64,000 nucleotides of DNA from Thermoleophilia bacterium (GCA_017882545.1 JADGPG010000055.1:860-64859); one strand, 5' to 3'; numbered from the stretch's first letter, positions 47,570 through 57,632 are shown. Notes: a model not told the origin generated them from the sequence alone. Numbers and translations: made by a program.

Positions 47570-48463
47570 TCAGCCTCGCCCGAACTTCTCCCGGTACCGT
47601 CGGAAGAAGGACGCCTCCGGGAAGATCGCCAAATGAACGTCCGAGCCGCCCAGGCCGACCGTGATTTGGCGACCCGGAGCCAGCGTCCCGACCTTCGAGC
47701 CGTCGGCGAGCACGTCGCAGTCACCCCAGATGGCGGAATTGGTGACGACCAGCTGCTCTTCCGGCGCGATGACCAGCGGGCGTGTATCGAGATGGTGCCC
47801 TGCGAGGAAGCTGAGCACGAAGCATCGGACCCGCCAGCTCACGGTCGGACCCCCGGCGGCCAGGTTGTATGCGGTCGAACCGACCGGTGTGGAGCAGACG
47901 ACCCCGTCACACCGGACCGTCGCGACCTTCTCCCCGTCGATGGCAAATGACAGATCGGCGATGCGCGTCTCACCGCTGCGCACGAGTGCAAGGTCATTGA
48001 CCGCGCGCACCGTCCCGTCGCTCCAATCCACGTTCAGCGACGGCAGCGAGAGCACGGAGTACTCGCCGCGGACGGCCCGGCGCAGCCCGTGTTCGAGATC
48101 GTCGCGCTCGATGGAGCACAGGAAACCGACCCGCCCGAAGTTGACCCCAATCACCGGGGTGCCGGCACCGGCCTCCCGGGCAAGGGCCCGCAACATCGAA
48201 CCGTCCCCTCCCAGGACGACGATCAGGTCCTCGCCGTCGCTACGGAGCATCACGTCCTCACTTGACACGAACTGATCCAGGCGCGGATGCTTGGCGACCT
48301 CGACCGGCGGTACGAGGACCTCGACGCCACTCTCGTCCAGGATCGCAAGCACCGTGTCGAGCGCGCCACTGGTGTGTTCCGGCGCGCGGTGGGTCAGCAG
48401 CAGTACCCGCTCGACCGGGGCACGGGCCGCCACGATGGGGATCGGTCGGCTCGGCTCGGTCAT
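47570..48463 (-). CDS. nadK: NAD kinase
   Basis: 297 aa. VVLGGDGSMLRA and TPVGSTAYNLAAGGP. Confidence 0.9.
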   Translation of the reverse strand: MTEPSRPIPIVAARAPVERVLLLTHRAPEHTSGALDTVLAILDESGVEVLVPPVEVAKHPRLDQFVSSEDVMLRSDGEDLIVVLGGDGSMLRALAREAGAGTPVIGVNFGRVGFLCSIERDDLEHGLRRAVRGEYSVLSLPSLNVDWSDGTVRAVNDLALVRSGETRIADLSFAIDGEKVATVRCDGVVCSTPVGSTAYNLAAGGPTVSWRVRCFVLSFLAGHHLDTRPLVIAPEEQLVVTNSAIWGDCDVLADGSKVGTLAPGRQITVGLGGSDVHLAIFPEASFFRRYREKFGRG

Positions 48464-49311
48464 TTCCCCTCCCCGTCGGCGCCGGCCGCCACGGCGGCGG
48501 CAATGCGCTGGTCAAGATCGGCTGCGGTCGCCCCCGGCCCGGCGGAGCGTGCACACAGAAAGATTTCCCGGTTGCCCTTCGGTCCCGGCACACCGCTGTC
48601 GCACGCATCACACACGACGCCGCCCGCGGCCGCAATCGCGTCGGCCACCCGGTGCACCGCGGCGATGCGCACCGCCGGGTCGCGCACGACGCCCGACGAG
48701 CCGACATGTTCGCGTCCTGCCTCGAACTGTGGCTTGACCATCACGAGCGCCTGCCACGTGTCGGCCAGGCACGGCGCAACGGCGCCCCACACCAGGGCCG
48801 TCGAGATGAACGCGAGATCGCACACCACCAGGTCCGGGGCGAACGGGAGATCGCGGGGGGTCAGGTGACGCGCGTTGGTGCGCTCCATGACGTGAACGCG
48901 CGGATCGTTCCTCAGGCGCCAGTCAAGTTGGCCGTAGCCGACGTCGACCGCGACCACCTCTGCTGCGCCGCGCGCCAGGACACAGTCCGTGAATCCCCCA
49001 GTCGATGCCCCGAGGTCCAGGACGCGGGCCCCGGTGACGTCGACCGCGAAGTACCGGAGGGCATTGTCGAGTTTGAGGCCGCCGCGCGAGACGAATTCCG
49101 GCGCAGGGGCGACCTCGACAGTCCGGTCGGCGTCGATCGCCAGCCCGGGCTTGTCGCTGACCGTGCCGTCCACCCGCACCCGCCCCGCGAGCACCGCCGC
49201 CTGCGCCCGTGCGCGGGTGGGTATGAGGCCGCGCTCCACGAGCGCGATGTCCAGGCGGGTTCGTGGCACAGCGTCCGATGATAGCCCCGGCTGCGGCCCG
49301 TGCCCGAACAC
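48460..49311 (-). CDS. tlyA: TlyA-family rRNA 2'-O-methyltransferase
   Basis: S4-like RLDIALVERGLIPTRARAQAAVLAGRVRVDG and the SAM motif VLDLGASTGGFTDCVL. The true start may be GTG 49269. Confidence 0.85.
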   Translation of the reverse strand: MFGHGPQPGLSSDAVPRTRLDIALVERGLIPTRARAQAAVLAGRVRVDGTVSDKPGLAIDADRTVEVAPAPEFVSRGGLKLDNALRYFAVDVTGARVLDLGASTGGFTDCVLARGAAEVVAVDVGYGQLDWRLRNDPRVHVMERTNARHLTPRDLPFAPDLVVCDLAFISTALVWGAVAPCLADTWQALVMVKPQFEAGREHVGSSGVVRDPAVRIAAVHRVADAIAAAGGVVCDACDSGVPGPKGNREIFLCARSAGPGATAADLDQRIAAAVAAGADGEGK

Positions 49312-49313
49312 GC

Positions 49314-51227
49314 TCAGATCGAGATCACGGTCCGTGCCGGTCCGGAGAGCTCCTCAACCACACGCGCTGCGATGTCGTCTGGATCGAGACCGGCCTCCGC
49401 CAAGAGCGAATCACGCTTGCCGTGGTCGATGAAGCGGTCGGGAAGCCCGACCACCATCACACGATTGGGCATGTCCGCAACGGCCTCGAGCACCGCCGAC
49501 CCGAAACCACCGTGGGCGGCGTGGTCCTCAATCGTGACGACCAGTTCGTGGCGGGCGACCAGCTGGCGCATCATGCTCTGGTCGAGCGGTTTGACGAAGC
49601 GGGCGTTGACGACGGTCGGCGAGATCCCGGCGCGCTCCCGGAGCCGATCGGCCGTAGCAACCGCGATCTGCGCCCCGTAGCCGTAGCCGACCAGGGCGAC
49701 CCGCTCCCCGGCGGCAAGCAGGCGAGCCCTCCCGACCGGCATCACCTCCGGCTGTGTCGGCAGCTCCACTCCCAATCCGGACCCACGCGGGTACCGCAGT
49801 GCGACCGGACCGTCGATCCGCAGCGCAGTGTGCAGCATCGTCACGAGCTCGGCCTCGTCCATCGGGGCCATGACGGTCATGTTCGGAATGCCGCGCAGGT
49901 ACGCGATGTCAAGGATGCCGTGGTGCGTCGCCCCATCGTCGCCGACCAGACCGCCGCGATCGATGGCGAACACCACCGGAAGGTTCTGGAGCGCGACGTC
50001 ATGAACGATCGGATCGAACGCGCGCTGCAGAAACGTCGAGTACATCGCCACAACGGGTCGCAGCCCCGCGATCGCCAGCCCGCAGGCAAACACCACGCCG
50101 TGCTGCTCGGCGATGCCGACGTCGAAGGTCCGCTCCGGAAACCGTGCGGCCATGTGCTGCATCCCGGTGCCCTTGAGCATGGCGGCAGTAATCCCGACCA
50201 CCCGTGGATCGCGCTCCGCTTCGGCAACGAGACTGCGACCGAACACGTCGGTGTACGTCGGCGGGCCCGGCGCCGACGGCGGGGCGGACTTTCCCGAGGC
50301 CGGATTGAACGGTCCGGCGCCGTGCATCGCCTCGACGTCGGCCTCGGCAGGCTCGTAGCCTTTGCCTTTGGTCGTCTTGACATGGACGAGCACCGGACGG
50401 TTGCGGCGAACCGCCAGGCGTACGGCGCCCCGAACGGCCTCGAGATCGTGACCGTCGATCGGCCCGATGTACGCAAAGCCGAGCGCCTCAAACAACGCGC
50501 CGGATTCGAACCACAGCGCCTTGGTCGCGTCGCGCAAGCTCGTCCCGACCGCCCCACCGCCCGGAACGCGCGACAGACCGCGTTCGAGTTCCTCGCGAAC
50601 CCGGGTGATCGTCGAGTCGACGCGGGCGCGCTGAAGCATGCGGGACATCGCCCCGACATTCTGGGAGATGCTCATACCGTTGTCGTTCAGCACGACAACG
50701 ATCGGCGAACCGAGTGCACCAGCTTGATTGAGACCCTCGTAGGCCATTCCGCCCGTCATCGCGCCATCACCGATCACGCACACGACGGCACCGGGCACAG
50801 CGCCCGTCCGACGCTCCGCCTCGGCGACCCCGACCGCGTAGCTGATTGAGGTCGACGCGTGGCCGGCGCCCATCACGTCGTGTTCGCTCTCGCTGCGCTT
50901 GAGAAAGCCGGACAGACCGCCCTGCTGGCGCAGCGTGGAGAACTGGGCCAGCCGACCGGTGAGCAACTTATGCCCGTAGGCCTGATGCCCCACGTCCCAG
51001 ATGATCTTGTCGCGCGGGCTCTCGAGCTCACAATGAAGGGCGACCGTCAGCTCCACGGGCCCGAGGCTCGCACCGAGGTGACCGCCTGTCTGCGACACAG
51101 TGGTGATGATTGCCTCACGCATTTCCTGGGTCAGCTCGGCCAGCTGGGAGTCCGTCATCGCCCGGAGGTCGGCCGGGCCCTCGAGTCCGGCCAAAAGGGG
51201 GTAGTGCATGAAGAGGTCGTCGGTCAT
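49314..51227 (-). CDS. dxs: 1-deoxy-D-xylulose-5-phosphate synthase
   Basis: 637 aa from ATG 51227 (MTDDLFMHYPLLAGL...). GGHLGASLGPVELTVALH and the ThDP motif IGDGAMTGGMAYEGLN. Confidence 0.95.
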   Translation of the reverse strand: MTDDLFMHYPLLAGLEGPADLRAMTDSQLAELTQEMREAIITTVSQTGGHLGASLGPVELTVALHCELESPRDKIIWDVGHQAYGHKLLTGRLAQFSTLRQQGGLSGFLKRSESEHDVMGAGHASTSISYAVGVAEAERRTGAVPGAVVCVIGDGAMTGGMAYEGLNQAGALGSPIVVVLNDNGMSISQNVGAMSRMLQRARVDSTITRVREELERGLSRVPGGGAVGTSLRDATKALWFESGALFEALGFAYIGPIDGHDLEAVRGAVRLAVRRNRPVLVHVKTTKGKGYEPAEADVEAMHGAGPFNPASGKSAPPSAPGPPTYTDVFGRSLVAEAERDPRVVGITAAMLKGTGMQHMAARFPERTFDVGIAEQHGVVFACGLAIAGLRPVVAMYSTFLQRAFDPIVHDVALQNLPVVFAIDRGGLVGDDGATHHGILDIAYLRGIPNMTVMAPMDEAELVTMLHTALRIDGPVALRYPRGSGLGVELPTQPEVMPVGRARLLAAGERVALVGYGYGAQIAVATADRLRERAGISPTVVNARFVKPLDQSMMRQLVARHELVVTIEDHAAHGGFGSAVLEAVADMPNRVMVVGLPDRFIDHGKRDSLLAEAGLDPDDIAARVVEELSGPARTVISI

Positions 51228-51371
51228 CCCGCCAATCCTAGAGAAACCCGCCGCCTGTTGGCATGCCTTCCGGTGACCGGACCCCGTCGATTGTCCCCGG
51301 AGACCTCGACAGGGCGATGCATCCGCCGGGGGCTCTAGAGTTCCCATCACCGTGTCGAGCGCAGCTGATCT

Positions 51372-52202
51372 TTGGAGCAGGGCGTGATTCTGGATACCGC
51401 CGCTCCGAACGCCGGCGCTGCCCCGGGTCCCGACGACGACGCGATCACCGCCGCCCTTGCCGTCCCCGGGCTCACCGACCGGCTGGCCGTCCACTATCGG
51501 CCGATCGTGGCACTACCCACCGGCGTGGTTGCCAGCGTCGCGGCGCGAATCCGGTTCACCGATCCGGTCCTGGCACAGGCTCCCCCGAAGCACGTCGTGG
51601 AGATCGCCGAACGCACGGGGGCCATCGTCGCCATCGGGGCCTGGTTGATCCGCGAGGCCGTCCACGAACTTGCCGACATCCTCCAGGCGCCCCGATCCGA
51701 GGGGCCCATCGGCCTGTCGATCAAGGTCTCGATGCCGGAACTCGCCCACGAGGGCTTCTCGGCACACGTGGCGGAGGCCCTCACTGCGGCCGGCGTCACC
51801 CCCGATTCGCTGGTGCTCGAGCTCACGCACCCCCCGACTGCGGAAACGGCCGATGTCGCCGCCAATCTTCAGCAGCTGCGCGCAATGGGCGTCATGCTGG
51901 CCGTAGACGAGTCGTCCATGGGTCCGGAGGCCATCACCCAGCTGCGCGCCCTGCGGATCGGGGAGATGCGAATCGCCCCGGAGATCTGCCAGTCGGCCCC
52001 GGATGATGCATCCACCCGCGCGACCCTCTCCGCGATCGTCGGCCTTGCGCGCGCGCTCGGCCTGGTCACGGTGGCGACCGGCATCCAGTCCGCTGCGCAG
52101 CTGGACGCTGCACGCGAACTCGGCGTTGACCGTGCGCAGGGAGCGCTGCTGGGGTCGCCGGTGGCCCACAACGAGCTGATGGCCTGGATGAAGCCCCGCT
52201 AG
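51372..52202 (+). CDS. stand-alone EAL-domain-like protein with degenerate catalytic motifs
   Basis: 276 aa. LAVHYRPIV...VAARIRF (in place of EALxRW), LVLELTH, MLAVDESSMG (in place of DDFGTG), VATGIQS (in place of AEGVE), RAQGALLGSPV. Start is TTG 51372 or GTG 51384. Confidence 0.7.
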   Translation: MEQGVILDTAAPNAGAAPGPDDDAITAALAVPGLTDRLAVHYRPIVALPTGVVASVAARIRFTDPVLAQAPPKHVVEIAERTGAIVAIGAWLIREAVHELADILQAPRSEGPIGLSIKVSMPELAHEGFSAHVAEALTAAGVTPDSLVLELTHPPTAETADVAANLQQLRAMGVMLAVDESSMGPEAITQLRALRIGEMRIAPEICQSAPDDASTRATLSAIVGLARALGLVTVATGIQSAAQLDAARELGVDRAQGALLGSPVAHNELMAWMKPR

Positions 52203-52405
52203 GGGGAGGCGGGCGGTTGGTCGTCGTCCCCGCGGGCAGCACCGGCGGCGGCGATGATCGTCGACACGCGCTGCGCGATCTCGAGAGCGCGGTCGGAGAG
52301 CTCCTTCATCTCGTCTGGCGTCAGGTTCTCGCGCTCAAGCGCGGCGGCGAGCTCCTCGAGGCGGATGATCTCCGCACGCAGCGGGTCGGCGGGCTCCGCG
52401 CTCAC
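52199..52405 (-). CDS. xseB: exodeoxyribonuclease VII small-subunit-like protein
   Basis: 68 aa. IIRLEELAAALERENLTPDEMKELSDRALEIAQRV resembles the XseB helical hairpin (LE..V..LE.G.L.L#E). ATGA-type 4-nt overlap with nusB. Confidence 0.45.
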   Translation of the reverse strand: MSAEPADPLRAEIIRLEELAAALERENLTPDEMKELSDRALEIAQRVSTIIAAAGAARGDDDQPPASP

Positions 52406-52845
52406 GCCGACAACTCCGCCGCGGGGAGGTCTCGAACGATCCTGCCGAGGACGCCGTTGACGAACGCGGGAGCCTCGGTCGCGCAGTAGAGCTTCGTGAG
52501 TTCCACGGCCTCGTTGATCGATACCGCCGGTGGAATCTCCGGCCAGTCGAGCAGCTCATGGATCGCGACGCGGATAATGTTGCGCTCCAGCGGGGCGATC
52601 CGATCGGACGTCCACCCCTCGGCCGCGCCGCTGATCAGCGCGTCGATCGTGCCCTCGTCCACGGTGACACCGTCGATGAGGGCACGGGTGAAGTCGTCGA
52701 TCGTCTTTCCCCGTTCCCGCTCGGCATTGCCGACGAGTTCCTCGAGCGCGAGTCCGGTCACGTCGTGCTGGTAGAGCAGGAACACGGCCTGGGTCCGCCC
52801 TGCTCGCCGGCCCTCCTGCCCGGGAGTCCGACCCGCGGCCGTCAT
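52402..52845 (-). CDS. nusB: transcription antitermination factor NusB
   Basis: 147 aa. RTQAVFLLYQHDV..., ...RIAPLERNIIRVAIHELL, INEAVELTK. Confidence 0.9.
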   Translation of the reverse strand: MTAAGRTPGQEGRRAGRTQAVFLLYQHDVTGLALEELVGNAERERGKTIDDFTRALIDGVTVDEGTIDALISGAAEGWTSDRIAPLERNIIRVAIHELLDWPEIPPAVSINEAVELTKLYCATEAPAFVNGVLGRIVRDLPAAELSA

Positions 52846-54209
52846 ACGGCCTGAGGATCGAGTGACGGGAGGGCCTCAGCCCGGTCGGTGAGGTACGACG
52901 TGGTGTACCGGCCGTCCATGAACGAGGACTCCCGCACGATGTCGCGGAACAGCGCGATCGTCGTTGGCACGCCGTCGACGTAGGCCTCGTCAAGGGCGCG
53001 CCGCAACCGCGCGACCGCGCGTGGTCGGTCGCCCGCCCAGACGCACAGCTTCGCGATCAGCGAGTCATAGTTGGGTGGAATGTTGACACCGGCCGAGCAG
53101 AACGTGTCCATGCGCACGCCCGGCCCACCCGGCATGCGGAACTCGCGCAAGCGGCCGGCGCTGGGACGGAAGCCCGCTGCCGGGTCCTCCGCGTTGACGC
53201 GGACCTCGATCGCATGGCCGTTCGGTTCGACCACGCCGGTTCGGGTGAGGACCTGACCCTCGGCGACCCGCAGCTGCTCGGCAACCAGATCCAGCCCCGA
53301 CACGAGCTCGGTGACCGGATGCTCGACCTGCAGGCGCGCATTGAGCTCGAGGAAGAAGAAGTTCGCTTGAGCATCCACGAGGAACTCGAACGTTCCGGCG
53401 CTCCGGTATCCCCACGCACGTGCCGCACGGGTGCAGGCCTCGTGCATTGCGGTCCGGGTCACGTCGGGAAGATTCGGCGCTGGCGCCTCCTCGACGAGCT
53501 TTTGGTGGCGGCGCTGGATGGAGCACTCACGGTCGCCGGCAATCAAGACGCCGCCGAGTCCGTCGGCAAGCACCTGCACCTCGACGTGCCGGGCGCCGTC
53601 AAGCAGGCGCTCGACATAGAGCCCGCCGTCACCAAATGCGGCCACGGCCTCCCGCTGGGCGATGTCAAAGGCCGCCGGCAGCTCGTCGACCGACTCGACG
53701 CGGCGCATGCCGCGGCCACCACCACCGGCGGCGGCCTTGAGCAGCACGGGAAAGCCCGCACGCTCGGCGGCCGCTATCGCCTCCGACAAACCTGACACAG
53801 CGCCGTCGGAACCCCCGAGCACCGGGAGGCCGGCTTCGCGTGCGGCCTGCTTGGCTTGGACCTTGTCCCCCATCCGCTCCATGACGTCCGGCGACGGCCC
53901 GACGAACACGAGGCCCGAATCGGCACAGGCGCGGGCGAAGCCGGCGTTCTCGGCCAGGAATCCGTATCCCGGATGCACATGCGTGCATCCGGTGATCTCG
54001 CCGGCGGCGATGACGTTGGGAATCCGCAGGTAGCTCTCGTTGGGTGGCGGCGGGCCGATGCACACTGCCTCGTCGGCAAGCTCCACCGCGAGCGATTCGG
54101 CATCCGCCGTCGAATACACCGCGACCGTGGGAATCTCGAGCTCGCGGGCGGTGCGAAGGATACGCACGGCGATCTCGCCCCGGTTGGCGACCAGCAGCTT
54201 CATGGCCAT
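52842..54209 (-). CDS. accC: acetyl-CoA carboxylase biotin carboxylase subunit
   Basis: 455 aa. MKLLVANRGEIAVRILRTAREL, ATP-grasp, ...EMNARLQVEHPVTE-like LELNARLQVEHPVTE. Confidence 0.95.
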   Translation of the reverse strand: MAMKLLVANRGEIAVRILRTARELEIPTVAVYSTADAESLAVELADEAVCIGPPPPNESYLRIPNVIAAGEITGCTHVHPGYGFLAENAGFARACADSGLVFVGPSPDVMERMGDKVQAKQAAREAGLPVLGGSDGAVSGLSEAIAAAERAGFPVLLKAAAGGGGRGMRRVESVDELPAAFDIAQREAVAAFGDGGLYVERLLDGARHVEVQVLADGLGGVLIAGDRECSIQRRHQKLVEEAPAPNLPDVTRTAMHEACTRAARAWGYRSAGTFEFLVDAQANFFFLELNARLQVEHPVTELVSGLDLVAEQLRVAEGQVLTRTGVVEPNGHAIEVRVNAEDPAAGFRPSAGRLREFRMPGGPGVRMDTFCSAGVNIPPNYDSLIAKLCVWAGDRPRAVARLRRALDEAYVDGVPTTIALFRDIVRESSFMDGRYTTSYLTDRAEALPSLDPQAV

Positions 54210-54212
54210 CGG

Positions 54213-55958
54213 TTAGGCCGGATCGATCAGGACGAGGAGATCGCCGAATTCGACCCCGTGGGCATTCTCGACGCAGATCTTGCGCACAACCCCGGACACA
54301 TCGGCGGTGATCTCGTTGAAGAGCTTCATCGCCTCGATCAGGCACAGCGTTTCGCCGGCCTCGACGCGTTGGCCTTCGATCACGAACGGGTCGGCCTCCG
54401 GCGACGGTGCGCGGTAGAAGGTGCCGACCATCGGGCTGGAGACCCGGTGCAGTCCGTCGTCGACCGGCAGATCGCCGGCGTTGGCGGCCGAGCCTGCCGC
54501 GACGGGTGCGGGTCCGGATCGACGCACGGTCACCCGTGCACCGCCGAGCTCGACGCTCACCTCCGCCTCGGCGGATCCTTCAACGGCTTGAATCAGCGTC
54601 TCGAGCAGGACGCGGTCGATCGTCGCGCCTTCCTCGTCGGCCACCTCGGTCCGCAGCGACTGGCGCCGGGCGACGAGGCGCTGAACGGCGTCTGGGAACT
54701 GCGCCCACAGCACCACGTCTTCCGCTGCTGCCCCGCGCGGAGCGTCCGGAGCGATACCCGACAACGACACGGGTTCGGTATCCATCGGGGTCGCGGCCTG
54801 CGCCACGGCCAGCACCTGCTCCGAGACCGGGCCGCGGACGGGCCCGTACTGACCGAGGGCCGTGGCCGCGAGCACCGGCTCGATGTCGACCCACCGTTCG
54901 CCCTCGATGACGTGGTCGGCGGCTTGGGTCACGATTGCGTCGCCGAGCGGATACGCCAGCGTCGCAGCACCGATCTCCGTCGCCACGAGGCGCACCTCGT
55001 CCGCCACTTCGAGCAGGCTCCGGGACATCCCGAGCCGTCCGAGACGGCTCACGAGGGCCGCCTCAAGGTCCGGCGGCAGGGCCACCGCCGGCCCAAACAG
55101 GTCTGCGGCGGCAAGTGAGAGTCGGTCTGCGGTCAGCATCGGGCCGATGACGCGTGCGGCCGCGTGCAGGCCCTCCCGGTCGACGCTGAGGCCGTTGGCG
55201 GTACCGTCGAGCGCAACGCGGAGCGTTTCCGCGCTCGGCCTCGCGGCGGTCATCGCCAGCGCACCGGCGGCGCAATAGACGGCGGCGGCCCCGGCGGCGA
55301 TCGCCGACTGCGCGAGAATGGGGGCCAGACCGCCCGGCGCCTGAACGATCACCTCAACCGGAACGTCGGCAACCCGGACTGCGGTTTCGACAAGCGTTGC
55401 CAGTTGGCCGGGAGACAGGTGCCCGCCTCCGTCCGAGACACACAGCGCCGCAGCCCCCGGCAGGGAGGCCAGCGCGCGTGCCTCGCGCTCCCAACGGGCA
55501 TCGGTCACATGCGGGGCCGGGCCGGCAACGAGCGTCGGGACGAACACGACCCGTGCCTCCCGGGTCGCCGCCGCGATCGCGTCCAGCGAGCTTGCGTCGT
55601 TTAGCGGATCAAGCCCACGAATGCGTCCCACGCCGGCCTCGGCGGCCGACAGCACAAACTGGCGCACCACGTCGGGGCCCACGGGTCGGTCATGCCACAG
55701 CATCGTTCCGTGCACGACGATTCCGACCGGCGTCCGACCCGCGTGGCGGACAACGGCGCGGATACGGTCCCACGGCGATTCGGTACGCAGCTCCAGTGCC
55801 GCCCGCGCGCAGCGCGGGTCCATGACCTCGATGGCCTGCGCCCCGACCTGGGCGAGTGCACCGGCCGCTGCGGCCAGATCATTGGCGTCGATCGACGACC
55901 CCCAGGGAAAGGTCGCGAGATCCCTGAGGGTCGTGTCGATATAGCTGATCCGGTTCAC
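54213..55958 (-). CDS. fusion protein: carboxyltransferase (OadA/PycB/5S-like TIM barrel) domain with degenerate active site plus C-terminal AccB-type biotin carboxyl carrier domain
   Basis: 581 aa. The N-terminus [14 protein letters not shown]... aligns to the DTTLRDAHQS region. CVSDGGG replaces the xKDMAG motif and VQAPGG replaces HxHxxxG. The C-terminus ...[51 protein letters not shown] is a canonical BCCP with the EAMK biotinylation motif. Confidence 0.8.
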   Translation of the reverse strand: MNRISYIDTTLRDLATFPWGSSIDANDLAAAAGALAQVGAQAIEVMDPRCARAALELRTESPWDRIRAVVRHAGRTPVGIVVHGTMLWHDRPVGPDVVRQFVLSAAEAGVGRIRGLDPLNDASSLDAIAAATREARVVFVPTLVAGPAPHVTDARWEREARALASLPGAAALCVSDGGGHLSPGQLATLVETAVRVADVPVEVIVQAPGGLAPILAQSAIAAGAAAVYCAAGALAMTAARPSAETLRVALDGTANGLSVDREGLHAAARVIGPMLTADRLSLAAADLFGPAVALPPDLEAALVSRLGRLGMSRSLLEVADEVRLVATEIGAATLAYPLGDAIVTQAADHVIEGERWVDIEPVLAATALGQYGPVRGPVSEQVLAVAQAATPMDTEPVSLSGIAPDAPRGAAAEDVVLWAQFPDAVQRLVARRQSLRTEVADEEGATIDRVLLETLIQAVEGSAEAEVSVELGGARVTVRRSGPAPVAAGSAANAGDLPVDDGLHRVSSPMVGTFYRAPSPEADPFVIEGQRVEAGETLCLIEAMKLFNEITADVSGVVRKICVENAHGVEFGDLLVLIDPA

Positions 55959-56512
55959 GCGCGCGCCGTATATTCGCGGGTTCGGGTGTCGATCCGGATC
56001 CGATCACCCTCGTTGACGAAGAGCGGCACGTTGACCGTCGCCCCCGTTTCCACCTTCGCCGCTTTCATCACGTTCGACACCGTATCCCCCTTCGCCCCGG
56101 GATCACAGCTCGCCACCGAGAGCTCAACGAACGTCGGCAGCTCAACCCGGAACGGCTTATCGCGGATAAAGAGCACCTGGACCTGAGCGTTCGGCGCAAG
56201 CAGGTCGCCGTTCTCGATGCCGTCCGAGGGGACGTTGGTCTGCTCGTAGGTCTCGGTGTTCATGAGGACGACCTGATCGCCGTCGTCATAGAGATATTGC
56301 ATCTCGACGGTGCTGGTGGTCACCCGTTCGACCTTCTCGCCGGCGCGGAAGGTCTTCTCGACCGTGTTGCCCTTGGCGAGGTTCTTCAGCTTGGTGCGCA
56401 CAAACGCGCCACCCTTGCCCGGCTTGACGTGCTGGAACTGCACGACGCTCCAGAGCTCGCCGTCCAGATCGAGGATGTAGCCGTTCTTCAGGTCGTTGGT
56501 GGTGATTGCCAT
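55955..56512 (-). CDS. efp: elongation factor P
   Basis: 185 aa. [42 protein letters not shown]. Confidence 0.96.
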   Translation of the reverse strand: MAITTNDLKNGYILDLDGELWSVVQFQHVKPGKGGAFVRTKLKNLAKGNTVEKTFRAGEKVERVTTSTVEMQYLYDDGDQVVLMNTETYEQTNVPSDGIENGDLLAPNAQVQVLFIRDKPFRVELPTFVELSVASCDPGAKGDTVSNVMKAAKVETGATVNVPLFVNEGDRIRIDTRTREYTARA

Positions 56513-56531
56513 CGGTCTCCCCGCGTTGCGC

Positions 56532-57632
56532 TCAGTCGGTCGAGCTTATCGATGCTTTCGGCGATTGTGAGAGCACGCGCGCCCCGTCGTCGGTCACGAC
56601 GGCCAAGTCCTCAATCCGGACACCGCCACGGCCTTCGAGATAGATCCCCGGCTCAATCGTGACAATCATGCCCGGACGCAATTCATCCGTGCCCTCCCGG
56701 GCGAGCCGCGGCGCCTCGTGAATTTCCATGCCGACGCCGTGCCCGAGTCCGTGCCCGAATGCCTCTCCGAGCCCAGCGGCGGTGATCAGGTCGCGCGCGA
56801 CGGCGTCCACAGTGCGACCGGACACGCCCGGTCGCACCGCGGCGAGCGCAGCCGCCTGTGCTTCGGCGCAGACCGAGTATGCACGGGCGAGCTCAGGCGG
56901 AAGGTCGCCCGTAATCACGGTACGGGTCATGTCGGAGCTATAGCCGTCGGCAATGGCGCCGAGATCGATCACCACGAGCTCACCGGCGCCGATCGCACGC
57001 GTCCCAGGGACTGCGTGGGGCTTCGCCCCGTTCGGGCCCGCGGCCACGATGATCTCAAAGCTCGGGCCCTCGGCACCCTCGTGGAAAAGCTCCGTTTGCA
57101 GGTCGAAGGCCACCTCGCGCTCGGTCCGCCCGATGAGCCCGCGCTCGAGCACGCGCGCGAGGGCGCGGTCGGTCATCTCGGCCGCGATCGTGATCGCGGC
57201 AATTTCCGTCGCGTCCTTGACGACGCGCAGCTGCTCGACGTACCCGACCTCCGGCGACACCTGCACCTGCCCGTCGGCAGTGGTGATGGCCTGGGTCAGT
57301 TGCTGTCCACGTGACATCGACAGGTGCGCCGCCTCGAGCCCGACGGATCCGGCGGGGGCGATCTCCGCCACCGCGCGCGCGACATTGGCCGTCAGGTCGC
57401 CGGGACCAACGACGACGGGAATCTCACCATCGACCTGCTCCCGGGCGCTGACGGCATATCGCGAGTCGGTCAGGACCCGCGCGCCGCGAGCACCGATCAC
57501 CGCAGCCGCATTCGAGCCGACATACCCCGTTAGGTACCGCACGTTGATCAGGTGGCTGACGACGAGCGCATCGAGGCCGGCCTCGGCGAGTGCGGCGACC
57601 AGCCGAGTCCTCCGGTCGGCCTGAACGGTCAC
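56532..57632 (-). CDS. pepP: Xaa-Pro aminopeptidase (M24B)
   Basis: 366 aa from GTG 57632 (GTGA overlap with the aroQ stop). VIDLGA..DGYSSDMTRT, HGLGHGVGMEIHEAP, TIEPGIY. Confidence 0.85.
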   Translation of the reverse strand: MTVQADRRTRLVAALAEAGLDALVVSHLINVRYLTGYVGSNAAAVIGARGARVLTDSRYAVSAREQVDGEIPVVVGPGDLTANVARAVAEIAPAGSVGLEAAHLSMSRGQQLTQAITTADGQVQVSPEVGYVEQLRVVKDATEIAAITIAAEMTDRALARVLERGLIGRTEREVAFDLQTELFHEGAEGPSFEIIVAAGPNGAKPHAVPGTRAIGAGELVVIDLGAIADGYSSDMTRTVITGDLPPELARAYSVCAEAQAAALAAVRPGVSGRTVDAVARDLITAAGLGEAFGHGLGHGVGMEIHEAPRLAREGTDELRPGMIVTIEPGIYLEGRGGVRIEDLAVVTDDGARVLSQSPKASISSTD

